Assembly (NCBI GenBank): GCA_030704615.1
Contig: CM060734.1
Span: 61,256,001 to 61,320,000 of the forward strand
DNA from: Takakia lepidozioides
Lineage: Eukaryota > Plantae > Bryophyta
Direction: 5' to 3'
DNA length: 64,000 nt
How positions within the stretch are numbered: the first letter of the stretch is position 1; each line of letters opens with the position of its first letter. The notes under the pieces are model-generated. The model saw nothing but the letters and a program-made list of their open reading frames with translations, was not told the origin of the DNA and ran no database searches. Below, piece after piece: positions 1 through 11,689 of this stretch. A program made the translations under genes and the position numbers.

Positions 1-1015
1 CAGACGCAGGATTCTGGTCTTTCCACATGCGTACACTCTCCGCATCATCGGCGTGCTTTTTGAAGGTTTGCCACGCACGTTTCTTGGCAAGGTTGCGAAC
101 ATCTTGCTCCAACAAGAAATCATCGCGGGTCCATGCATCGCCCAAGCCGGTGTTGTTCATCACGTGCTCTTTATGCTCCATCATGATTTGGGCGACCGAC
201 AGGCCTCGGCACAAACACTCGACGACCCAGGCTTTCAATTCCTTGCTAATGTGTGGTGCATAGGCGTGGCGGGTATTCCTAAACTCTGCGGACTTCCCAT
301 GCGAGGGTTTCCCTTGCGCATCTGTATGCTCCATGTTGTTGTAATACGTGAGGACACAGATGTCAGGGGCGAGATAGCATTGCTGGACCTTGAAACAGCA
401 TTGGCAACCACGCTTGTAAGACTCTCCATACTCCGACTTCTTTCTCCTTGGGCCTTTATGAGGGCAAGATGTTCGAGCACCACAAGAGGTCATCCACGCT
501 TCTGTTTTGGATCCTCCACTATTGCCTTGTTGGTGCGCTTGTCATCAGGACCGTAACAGCATTGATGTGTGGACAAAAAATTCTAAAATTGATATCCAAT
601 GACTTGAGGAAGCATAAAATCAGAGAACTCGTGAAACAAAAAATGGCAACAGACATACAATGAAACGTCAAAAGGACTGAGGATGGTGCACACATCATAC
701 TGGACAGAAATGTGTTGGCTCTGGGTGCTTTTCGCGAGGCGGGTTCCACTTTAGAATGGACATTCACCCAAAACTGAGTGGGGTAGTCCTCCAAACTCTC
801 CTCTCCTAGGACAAAGTCACCAACTCTATCCCAAGGTATGCAGGCCTTTTCAACATTCACTCGCACACCCATAAACCCATATTGCGTCTCACTCTTCCAA
901 TGAAATCCTTCCTGTTGAAGGGTCCTGGTTTTGCTGTTTACAAATATTGTCGAAGAGGCCGTATAAGCGGGCTTTCCGTGATCAGTATATCATCGGGTTT
1001 TGCTTCCACGTCCAT
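1..1015 (-). pseudogene. MULE-related (SWIM zinc-finger family) transposase-like pseudogene, 5' part; runs off window start
   Basis: Manual minus-strand translation gives MDVEAKPDD...ACIPWDRVGDFVLGEE...CCYGPDD...YKRGCQCCFKV...HGKS...HADDAESVRMW. This resembles plant SWIM/MULE-derived proteins of the At1g60560 type (IPYARVDEFIIGE, CSFGPEN, KRGCQCHF, DDQASIKIW; recalled, not searched). There is an in-frame TAA near 938 and frameshifts near 900 and 500. Confidence 0.7.
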
Positions 1016-1186
1016 GCCCTATATAGTACAAAGGACACGCTTCTGAACATGCAAGAAACGTGCCGTAGTACAGGACACGATCGACAACGTGCCAGGAGAA
1101 CAGTGCGCACGTTCGCGGCTGCTGGCAAGTGGCAAGCGGCATGGATGCAGATTTGAATTGCAGCCCTAAAAATAGAGGGCTCGGGT

Positions 1187-1480
1187 TATGGGAATGGACG
1201 GTGACGATCTTGCGCCGTCAGCGGACTGGATGACAGGGGACTGGCCAGCGGACTGGCGGACTGGCAGATTGCTGGGCAGCAGATTTGCCAGCAGCGGACT
1301 GGCAGACTGGAGGGCAGCGGACTCATGGGCGGGGGACTGGCCGCGCGGCGGACGGGGCGCGGGCGCGGTTGTTGCAGCCGCGTCTGCGGCTGGGCGACCG
1401 CGCGCGGCGGCGGGCGGGGCGGAGGGTGGGCGTCCGTGCGCGGGCCCATCGGCCACATCGCACGTGCCCATTGAAGACCC
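1187..1480. repeat. GC-rich block with short GCGGACTGGC repeats, probably the subterminal region of the MULE-like element
   Basis: Several gcggactgg(c)/cagact(gg) units at 1220-1325 in very GC-rich sequence directly upstream of the transposase-like gene. Confidence 0.4.
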
Positions 1481-2089
1481 TATTATCTTAAAATGAGAGG
1501 CGTAATTTATGCTTGTTTTACCAGTTTTTTTTTGTAGACATGGCTTGCCTATTGTACTATTTTAAAAATAAAATAAAATAGGGGGATCGTAGCCATAATA
1601 AAATTTATTATAACTAATTATGACATCAAGGCACATTGGGTGGTAGCTCATTCTAGCGACGACCCAAGGTCCGAAGCTAATTTAGCGTAGAGCAAGAATA
1701 GGCTGCCAAAGTGCCACGTTTTTGTCACCACGTCATCGTCGCCACGTTTCGTCGTCAAATTCTGTCAAGTCTGCCCGAACTGCCCGTCACTCACGCGCGC
1801 GCGCTGCTGCTTCTTTCTCGCTCGCTGTCCTTCGTTTGAGTTTGCGTGTCTATGTGCGCGTCTGCCTTTGAGCGCTAGGTGTGGTTGCTGGAATCATGGC
1901 TGGTGTGGAGGGATAGCACCAACAATGCAGGAGAAATTCACAATGAGGAGGAGAAGAAGCCTTTGGAGGGGGGGAGGTCACATTAATCTGAAAGTGAAGG
2001 GTCAGGTAATGGAAGCCCGTGGCATTTTTGTAGGGTTTGTTTCCCTGTTGGGCTTGAAGTCGTTAGGATTGTAGAGAATGGCACTTCTG

Positions 2090-2226
2090 GGCATGTGAAG
2101 ATGCTTTGTGCGGCAGGCAGTCTGACAGAGCCTCTACAGACTTTAAACCAAGGATCAAGTGTCCAAAGTGCAACATGGATAGATACCTGATGATGTTCAA
2201 GGGAGAAAGGCCCCACGCAAGGTATA
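2090..2226 (+). mobile_element. EnSpm/CACTA transposase remnant
   Basis: KCPKCNMDRY..DDVQGRKAPRK-GT parallels LTKCPKCKEDRYRDDIQEKKIPYK-GT of the transposase at 18800-18880. Confidence 0.55.
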
Positions 2227-2335
2227 TTAAGACCTTAAACTTGTCTCTAGTGGATTGTTTATTTCTGTCTTTTTGGGTTGAATTTTCTATGTGCGATAAA
2301 TCTATGTTCACACACGCGCACACACATATGTAGTC

Positions 2336-3607
2336 AAGTGTTGAGCAAGTACGATTTACCCGGGTATACCTAGGTAAGGTTACCCATATATACCTGGACC
2401 GGCAGGTTTTGTTTAACCGGACCCGGACCCTTATGAAGGGTATTATTTATGTTTTCCCCATGATGAAGGATAAATCACCGGCGTTTATCCGACCCTTAGG
2501 GCTGTAATGTTTTGCTTGGCGGGTGATGGAATCCCGGTAATGGGCTTGCTCACCTATGGTCTTCTGCCCAGGTCATTCCATTGCCATTAAATGTATCTCA
2601 AGGACGATTGCAAATCCCAAAGCATTAAATAGGTACTAATGCGGTTTTCTAGGCTGCTTCATTGCCTTACACATGTATGATGTACCTATATTTTATTTTT
2701 ACCTCTTGGGATTGAAACTTAGTTTCTTAACCAGTGTTGGTCTGGTATCAGGTTTAGGACATACTAGAGTGGTCCTAGTACCAGCCCCATCACACATTTG
2801 TTATACCATTTTGGTCTATATAATGGTGGATGTATTTTTTTTCCAGATATTGGTATGTGTATGAGTATCATGACCACAATACCAGCTGGTATGAAATATC
2901 AATTACGGTATCATTCCAAAGTCATCTTGACTTATATTTTATAAAATATCAAGTGAAAACAAATACAAAAAACATAAACTAAATTTAAATAAGTACATGT
3001 ATGTACACATAAATTAATATAATACACATACCAAAGTAAATGAGTCCAAGACTGCAGGGGTACTGGTATTGTGCTTGGTATGAGAGAACGGATACCTGGT
3101 TAGTATGTAGAACTTAAGACCAGGCTGGTCTGGTCCTTGATACCAGGGTTGGTACAAGCATTGATACTCGGGTCTGATACCCATACTAGATCAACAGTGT
3201 TCTTAACATTGATTTATTTTGCGCAAGTTATATTTTGAAATATATTCAATTTTAATTTCTTCTTGTTAGAATCTCATTGGTTTATATTGGTTATATTGCC
3301 AATTCATCTGAAATCCTTAGAGAAATTGCCTTTTATCCTACCCTTACCCTACCTAAACTTATATTAATCTGGCAGGTAATACCAGATTACCCGGACCCAT
3401 TAAATAACCTTATCCTCAGGTTATATTTTGAGAGTGTCCGGTTATACCCCGACCCCGGGTGTTCTACAAATGTGCATTACCCGGAACCGACCCTTACTTT
3501 CCATTTGAAAAATAATAATACCTTGACCCGGCAGGTAAATCTTTTCTCAAAATTCAGGTTACCTTTACCCAGAGGGTAGATAAAAATTCAATACTTGCTC
3601 ATCATTG
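2336..3607. mobile_element. Old non-autonomous hAT-type element (MITE), host of a nested copy
   Basis: Degenerate TIRs (aagtgttgagcaagta / tacttgctcatcattg, 13/16 match), degenerate 8-bp TSD ATGTAGTC / GTATAGTC, and ACCCGG subterminal repeats. Confidence 0.6.
2732..3199. mobile_element. hAT-type MITE nested in the 2336-3607 element
   Basis: TIRs cagtgttggtctggtat / atactagatcaacagtg; perfect 8-bp TSD TTCTTAAC at 2724-2731 and 3200-3207. Confidence 0.85.
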
Positions 3608-3680
3608 GTATAGTCCTTGTTTTTTTCCCACAATACAAGTATTGCACAAGTATTGCCGTTGTCAATACCAACCTATGTAA

Positions 3681-3901
3681 GATATTGACCAGGGTATGGC
3701 ATGTGGACATGCATATCCGGCGGTTCTTTGCCGGTTATGCACATATGCATAACTGGAAAGTGCAGCCCCACAGGAACCGGCTATGGAAGGGAACCAGCAA
3801 AAGCCATCCACCTTCCTAACCGACTACGAACTCCGCATCATGATTGCAAGGGTGTTATACCCGGAGCAAATGTGGATGACGTAGAGGCGGTTCTAGATAA
3901 T
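3681..3901 (+). mobile_element. Truncated left end of the 22426-23200 MITE family
   Basis: Colinear similarity to 22426-22660 (ggaaagtgcagcccc..caggaaccggctatggaagggaacc; gtagaggcggttctagataat). Confidence 0.8.
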
Positions 3902-3904
3902 GAT

Positions 3905-4490
3905 GGTAGTTAAGAACATTAAGAGCGTTGAATTTGGAATCAACCAAAATATTTGACATAACCTTAGATAAACCTGAATCAATTGATTAAAATTAAAATA
4001 AGTAAATATTGGTGGTGGACAATTGGAAAGGCAATATATTATATCCTTCATGTGGATGCATTTGCCGACATATCTTTAACCTTTTCATATTGATACAATT
4101 ATGCAAAAGACAAAAACTTACTTGTTGTTTGGGCTGATTTAATAATGTCGATTACGACTATGAAATATTTCAGTGGTTTATGTTTATGTGGTAGTCAAGA
4201 ACATTAAGAACGTTAAAGTTGGAATCCAATTATGTTATTGTATTTGACTTTTCTCACTTCTTTTGTCATCCAACCAAAATATTTGACATAACCTTAGATA
4301 CATTGAATCGATTGATTAAAATTAAAATAAGTAAATATTGGTCGTGGACCATTGGAAATGCAACATATTATATCCTTCATGTGGATGCATTTGCCGACAT
4401 ATCTTTGACCTTTTCATATCGATACAATTATGCAAAAGACAAAAACTTACTTGTTGTTTGGGATGATTACAACTATGGAATATTTCAACT
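3905..4490 (+). repeat. Tandem duplication, two units of about 280-300 bp
   Basis: 3905-4170 and 4190-4490 share long near-identical blocks (caaccaaaatatttgacataaccttagata...gcaaaagacaaaaacttacttgttgtttggg). Confidence 0.9.
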
Positions 4491-4539
4491 CTTGAAACCA
4501 TTATAAGAAATGATCAACCACATGTGATTTAATGTGCAA

Positions 4540-7500
4540 TATTGGGATTTTTGTCAAATTCTTCATCGGATGAACATGGTGGCAGTTGTGGCTATATAAG
4601 CCCCCCTCTTAGGAGTGGCCTTATGTCGATTGTCAATATTATGGTGGACACATGCCAATACAAATGCAGGGATATCCTTGATACTTGTATCTTATTACTC
4701 ATAAGTAAAGAGAGGAGTCCATGAAGTAAGTCTATATCTTTCTTATAAACATACGTATATGTGTACAATTGAGATTGAGAAGTTTTGGGTCTATTTATTC
4801 AGAAGTATTAAGATATGATGTGTGCACAAAATTATGTAAAAGTTATGATTTATATGTATAATCACATTAATGTTGTTTAGCCTACAATGATGCATAATAA
4901 TCTCAAATTGTTATGGTTATCTTACGAAGTGCAGGTGAGGGCAGCAAGTCATTTAAACACGCTTGCCAAATTCTTATATGGAGTGTCGAATGAGGACCAT
5001 ATTTTCTCCACGGTGCTTTATGCAGGCATATCTATGTGCATTACTACTACTAACTTGGCAATGTACAAGTAAGGTATTTGGAGCTAGTGATCAAGATGTT
5101 TTGCAAATTATTGTGGAAACTCTACAAGATGCAGAAGTGTCAAAAAGTGGACCGGCTGCAATATACACAACCTAAGTTACATAAATTCACCAACAAAGGA
5201 TCACTTGCCAACTCGGGGGTATTTTTTGGGTGTTGTACCGGCAAAAGTAATAAGTGCAATATGTACGAGGGTCCATAATGGAAGTACAAAAATTTCAGCC
5301 TCTATCGCTGCATATGATAAAACGGACCTACATACTCTTCAGGTATACATCCATAAACCATTTAGTCTCTCCCATTGTTATACTAAAACACCCATAGTAC
5401 TTATCTCCCAAATTACCAAATGACAAACGGATTACATTAGTTATGGTTTTGTTATGCATCATACTTATATAACAAAAATAATGTATTTCTTCTCATTTAT
5501 GGTGTATATCTTATTCGCATGTAGAGCCCTCAGATTCACATCTTGGATAGTTGATGCATAAGAAAAGATGTTACAGGAGAACTATTGTTTATATAGCTAA
5601 AATGTTCTTTGTATCTAAAGTATGCAAGAATCGTGATAGTTGGAATTGTGAGTGTACAATTGAATTGGTTAGGAATGTACAATTGAATTGCAAAGTTTTT
5701 TTTTTTTTTTTTCTTGTGTACTATCTTAACTCTTGCATTGAATGAAGACTTTAATTTCAAGTTTAAAAAACTTAAAAAGATGCAAATTAATAAGATTTAA
5801 AAGGTCGATTTTTACTTTTTGAATAATGTCAATGAATACAATTTTTTGGTTTGGATAATGTATTTTACAGAATTAATAATCAAAAATTATATCTTTAAAT
5901 AAATATATTTGTAACTGAGCGATGGACTAGAGGGAAGTTCTCCATATTGTTCTTCTACATTTCAGCTACAAACCATAATATTTCATGCAAACTGACATGA
6001 TTTTAGTTTCTTCTATGCACGTGCAGATTATATCTATTAACGGTTGTGGTGCATCAAATGCACCACAAGGAGTGGATATTCTTTTATCGCATGAAGGACA
6101 TATTACTTTTGTATGGTATCTAAATTTTTTAGACACAACAACATGCATCAATCTACATCATATCTAGCAATCATTCTGATCTCTTTTTTATATTTAATCC
6201 ATTTTGTTCTCTCTCTTGAATCCAATCACTCTCCAAACTTATTCTTTGAATACTAGTCTCAATTGTCTCGTTACTTAGAATTTCCTCCAAAGGCTTGTGT
6301 ATTACAATTGAGGATTGAATACCTTTATAATGATAAGGGTCATCTCCTACAAATGTTAACAACTTCTTACATTTGGGAATACTACAACATATTGAAAAAT
6401 TGACTCATCTAAGTAATTACTTCTATTTCGACTTACTCGCTTCAATTTTGATTTAAATAATCACATTGATAATAACAAGCATTTGTGATTGTTTGCGTTT
6501 TTATTTTTTTTGCATTTGTTGACAGGCCGTGAAATGCAACCCATTATATAAACACCTTTGTGGAATATTACAAGTGGATAATACTTCAGCGGTGTGTCCA
6601 TATCCTACATTGAAACATGGTGGTAAGCCGGAAGAATGGATGCACAAGATTGCAGGCGAAATATTTACTGGACCACTTTATGCGTTGTGTGATGCGGATC
6701 CAAACTTTGCTGGTGTAAAATATCAACCAATAATCGATCCTCCACCCCATTGTTGCACCACTGGCGCAGGTGGAGATGGTTGTTTCCCGGTTATGCATCT
6801 TAACAAGTCTCTATTTCAGTTTAAAGCATAGATTAATCTAGAGAATGATGGTTGAACATTTTCATTGTCCAAACTTGATGCTATTACTTGTCGAGTATGT
6901 GCCCAAGACAAGTGGAACGGCAAATGTACAATCCTATAAAAATAAAAATAAGTATAAATATGTATTGCATGTACATAATTTCCTATTTCCTATTTCATTG
7001 TCCCATTTGTTATATATTCAATGTGGTTGCTTACCATTTGATATATGACTTTGATACTCAAACATTAGGATTGTGAGTTATTTCATTTGTGAACTTTCTT
7101 AGTGAATATGCATTGACATGCAAAAAGGCAATAGCTCTTCCGGGTCAAGTGACACCATAATTTACACTTCCTTCGGGAGGCGTGATATGTTACATTATTA
7201 CTATCATGCATTGACGTTGTTTTACAAGAGATGCCCTCATCACTCTTCCAACTGGCATACAAAAGCCGATGTCAGAACTCTCCATTGGAGACAAAGTATG
7301 TTGTGTTACCCAACCATCAACCAATATACTACTCATTAAGATATGTCATTTCAATATGTGAGCTTTGTGATTTGACCAATATAATGTATGTAAACAACAA
7401 TTTTTGTTATACAGATATATGATAAAATTGATATTATAACAAATATTTGATTTCAGGTGGCTGTGATGAATGCGGATGGAGAAATAGCATTTGACGAAGT

Positions 7501-8615
7501 TTATGCGTTTGGTCACAATGATGTTGGTGCCATAAGCTCATTTGTGAAGCTCACTTTGCAACCAACTATCATGAGTGATAATGATTTTTTAGTGAAAACT
7601 CTTGAGCTCGCTCCCCACCATTTGCTCCAGTATCATCAGGTATTTTTTGTGGGGACATTATAATTTTGTTTCAACTATATGTTTATATAAACATATATAA
7701 GATTTGTGTAATCCATACAAACAATGAACTTTTGATGTACTTTTTAATTTGAAAGTACTCTCATTTATATATTTGTTGTGTGGTGTTAGGCATGAATGAT
7801 AACATGACGTACAAACGAGCTTAGAACATACATGTAGGTGACTTGATGTGGATCAATACGAATAAGATCATGACGGGTGAGATTACATTATATTTTTTAT
7901 GGTTTTTAAATTTATGCATATAACAGTGACAAGCTTTAGGGCTATGTGGGCTACTCATCATTCCACTGGCCGGGACCTTGTTGACTATGATTCTACATAA
8001 TTTGATAGAAGTTTCTAGTATATGGTTGATAGTACAAATCTCATGCTTGAAAAGTTGTGAGGTGAATTGACACAAAATAAATTTGTTCGCTTGAAGTTTT
8101 CTTGTTTCCTTAACCATTGACATTTAACAATAATTCAAACATTGAATTGTGGCAGATGCAACGGTGAGTATTAATGTTTGGGTTGTACAACCCTTACACT
8201 CTAAGTGGAAATATTGTCGGAGATGATGTGGTGGCATCTGTGCATAGTGATTGGTTTCTCGATGGTTTATTTGACGCTATCACAATCACACATTGGCTTC
8301 CTACAGCTTATCAGGTATTTCCAAAACGTTACATGTTCAAGTTATTTATTTATTTCATATTCCAGCACTAGGATTTAATATTATCATTAATATTGTGGCT
8401 TTGTTCACATATGACAGATGGTGCTAGCTCCATTGCGGATGCTTTATTATTTCTTGGGCAAAAACACATATGCTAGATTTTATTACTTTGTGGGGTCGTA
8501 TATGGATGTACCTCATTTTCTCACTCTCCATGGCGGCAAATGTGCAACTGTTGGTGGTATGGTTGCTACATTTATATTAGTCTCTCTTCCGATGCGAACG
8601 AACTCAAAATTTTGA
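4540..8615 (+). pseudogene. Multi-exon Hog-domain (Hedgehog/intein Hint + sterol-recognition-like region) gene, decayed; 5' limit uncertain
   Basis: Exon-like pieces: GAGGDGCFP (ending 6789); DALITLPTGIQKPMSELSIGDK (7230-7295, GT donor); VAVMNADGEIAFDEVYAFGHND...LELAPHH (7457-7639); MTYKRA*NIHVGDLMW (7790-7876); GLYNPYTLSGNIVGDDVVASVHSDWFLD...HWLPTAYQ (8156-8314); MVLAPLRMLYYFLG...hydrophobic tail, stop 8615. The motif order matches Hog domains. Lesions: TAG at 7822-7824 and probable frameshifts near 7620 and 8173. Confidence 0.8.
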
Positions 8616-8806
8616 GTGTGGAGTGATGACATAAGTAGGTCAATGGAGAAACAAATGGTTATGTGGTGGCACATAAAATTGCGATGCAGGGTGATATCGA
8701 ACATATATCTATATGTGGCTTTAAAAGTTAAACCTATTACTACTTATGGATGACCTTATGTCCCTGATAACCAAACCATCTATTGGATACTATGTAATAG
8801 TAGGGC

Positions 8807-8936
8807 ATAGGGCCCATCCCCGAAAGGGGGTAGTAGCTGTAAGGCGAAGTGGCTCTTAGTTACGCCGGCTTTGGCCGGAGTCTTCTCTCTGTCTCTCTGT
8901 CTCTCTGTCTCTCTCTCTCTTTGTCTCTGTCTCTCC
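8807..8936 (+). mobile_element. Short retroposed insertion (SINE or 5'-truncated LINE 3' end) with CT-microsatellite tail
   Basis: Flanked by a perfect 12-bp direct repeat TAATAGTAGGGC (8795-8806, 8937-8948); ends in (CTCTCTGT)n/(CT)n. Confidence 0.7.
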
Positions 8937-9404
8937 TAATAGTAGGGCTAATTCTACGATATTGTGAGTCATGACACAACTATGTGTCATCTTGATGTTT
9001 TCATTGCACCAATGATAATCGTAAAATTGGAACATTATATTTGGCTAAAGTGAAGAACATGGTTGAAAAGTGGATAAAGCCATTTTATGGGATTTTAGAA
9101 ATATATTAGAGATTGTGTGTGTGTGTGTGTGTGTGTCTTTCTGCTCAGGTCATTTTGAAAGAGCTGCGATCAAAACCCTCGAGGCTGATATAGTCGTAAA
9201 ACTTGTCCTTGTTGTTGGTTGTGGCTCTTTTCTTGCAAAACACACCTCTGTGGGAGCCCCAACTTCAATCCTTGGCAGCCCTTGCTTTGACACCATTGTT
9301 GGAGTCATGGAAAAGTGTGATTGCAAGATTGTGCCACAGCGGCCTCGACCAATCAGTTGATAGAGCAATCGTAGACTCCATAGTTATTTGAGCTATGTTT
9401 GATT

Positions 9405-9470
9405 GTCAGTGTTTTGGGCACTTGCTTTATAAGTGACCCAACTTCCCAGTACAATTGAAACATGTTTGTT
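9405..9470 (-). mobile_element. Retroelement gag-type zinc-knuckle remnant
   Basis: Minus strand reads TCFNCTGKLGHL*SKCPK, a degenerate CCHC knuckle. Confidence 0.4.
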
Positions 9471-11689
9471 AGACATCGTTTGTAGAGGCTCACCATGCCT
9501 CCCCACATGCGTCTTTTCATTTGATCCTTCAATCGTCGACTTCAGATGGCTCCCAATTGATCCAATCTCGCGGCATAGCTATCCCACTCCTTCCCACTCT
9601 TTTTCACTATCACTATCAAATCTTTGTCTACTTAGTTTTTTTGGTCTTCTAGACAACGACACGTATATGACGTTCACTAACGACAGTAAAGTCTTGGACA
9701 AAACACGATGCATATATGGCTAAGTGTTATTTGCATATGTAACAAAAAGAACATAGACAATGAAGAAAAGTGTTATCTGCAGATGTAATGAAGTTTCCAT
9801 GTAAAGCAACCCATACAAAATGATCTAAATTTGCACTAAATCTACTGGTATGTAAGTTGAGCACCGAGTGCCGATCATCAATCGCATTCAACCCAAAATT
9901 GTCTCCCCTTAGAAATGGCAAAGCCCCAAGTGGGACTTGAACCCACTAACATGCCCAACCACGTGTGGCTTGCATGTGGGGCGAAGATATGGTATGGGAC
10001 AAACTGCAAGTATTATGGCATGTTGCTCAGATAGGCCAGAATAATCCCCCCCCCCCCCCCCCCCCCCCCCCACACACCTTTTGCATGCATATGGATGCAA
10101 TGAAATGCAAGGAAAGAGCAAATGAATGCAATGTAGGTCTACAAAAGCCTCCATATCCTCTGTCGCACACCGACAAGCCCCGCTGCGCGTCGACACGAAG
10201 GAGGAGCTAACATCAAGGGGGCCCGGAGTTCGGCGATGAGGTGGGTTAGGCTCAAGAACCGCCCCCCGTAAGTGTGTCGCTAATCTTGACAGAGGGTCAG
10301 CGGTCGATGGAAGATTTTCTCCCACTATCTAAACTACCGGCAAACGTAGGGTCCAACTCCCACGCTCACGGGGCAAACGTTTGGCAACTTACGAAAAACT
10401 GCTCCTAGCTAATTGCTTTCTATGTCTTTTTATTGAGGTAACACGATTTCACCCTGGAGCCTGTCAGGTTTCTCGGGAGGTCCCCTCTGCTTGGAGCGTC
10501 TACTTCCGGAAAGCTTCTCCAAGATGTTAAGGGCAAGCCACTTAGGTTGGGAATGCTTCACATTCATGCTTCACATGATCGCACGTGTGTGCCGAAGGGC
10601 CATCTATGTTCCCGCTATCCTGAGGGGAGAGCAAACCCTAGCGTAGCAATACCTCTACCCAAAAATATCATATTTTCTCCCTATTTTCTAAGGCCATTTG
10701 CTCATTTAGAAATAGTTTTTAAAATAAAATTAGAAAAAATACTACATAGGTAGGATTTTCTAATATGAAAATAGAAATTTAAATAATACTATTCTTACTT
10801 TCTGGTGAATTTCTAAGCATATAAACCCAAAGTATGCACGACAACATTCAAAAGCTCAGCTGAACGGGCGACGATGGGAACTCCGCAGTTTGCGGAAGGA
10901 GACCCCAACGGTCTCTTCGTCTCTCTCACTGACGTTACTGCTTACTGTCGTCACCATGCGCTTCCTGGATCTCTTCAAAGGACGCAACTCCACAAGGCCT
11001 TGCCTAAGTTGATTGGCCAATCTCTCAATTCCATTATGTTTTCTCAAAAAAAAATCCAATAACCGATTTTTTAATCTGCTTGCGTTTTGGGACGCCCTTC
11101 TAAGTTTCCTTCTCTATCTACACCTCCCTTATCATTCTCCTTTCATCTAATCCATCAATACTGTGTATCACCTCTTCATCCCTGCTCGACATTTCCCTTA
11201 ATGTCACTTTCAGTCAAGTGGCGCTGTCATCCCATCACCTCTTCAACTACCCGTCTTTATAAATGACGGCTGCCAACTTGGTCGCGCGGGTTGCCACCAA
11301 GTAACAACCTCCAAATCCTATAGTCCTCTTCCTCACTTTTACAATTCACTATCATTTCGCTCCGAGTTATCTCTAAGTCTCTACTATTTTTGCATTCATC
11401 GATCCTCTCTTCAGGCGTTCTCACTCTTCCCTAGTTGCTTATTCACAATCTCTAGTTCTGGTCTGCGTTGTTTCCTCTAATTTCTCGTTGTTGTCTTTAA
11501 ACTATCGTTGTAGTTTTAGCTGGCACTAGCTTGTCCTCCCGGGTTCTACAGCTTCCTGATCTACCTCGCTCACTGATCTCTGGCCCTCGCTGAATCGCTC
11601 GCCTTAACTCTCGTCGTCTCTTAGCTCTTCCTACTTCTTAGTCTCCAGTACAGCCTTCAGATTAGTCAAGTGCGCTTGCTCCTCTCAAC

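Noticed and set aside
53-556. 167-aa plus-strand ORF
   Set aside because: It is the antisense shadow of the minus-strand MULE/SWIM-like coding sequence.
6171-6362. Minus-strand ORF with FVGDD, possibly an RT fragment
   Set aside because: Too short and degenerate to support a call.
7165-7230. Alternative Hint start S-F-G-R|D-A via a GC donor at 7180
   Set aside because: It would need a 49-nt GC-AG intron. GDG-CFP at 6781 fits the canonical cleavage site better, though neither is proven.
8760-8830. Hammerhead ribozyme (CTGATAA...GAAA)
   Set aside because: The core is not CTGATGA, lies partly outside the TSD-bounded insert, and the required stems are not evident.
9960-11100. GC-balanced stretch with several short ORFs and a poly-C run
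   Set aside because: No recognisable motif, terminus or internal repeat; probably TE-derived but unassignable.
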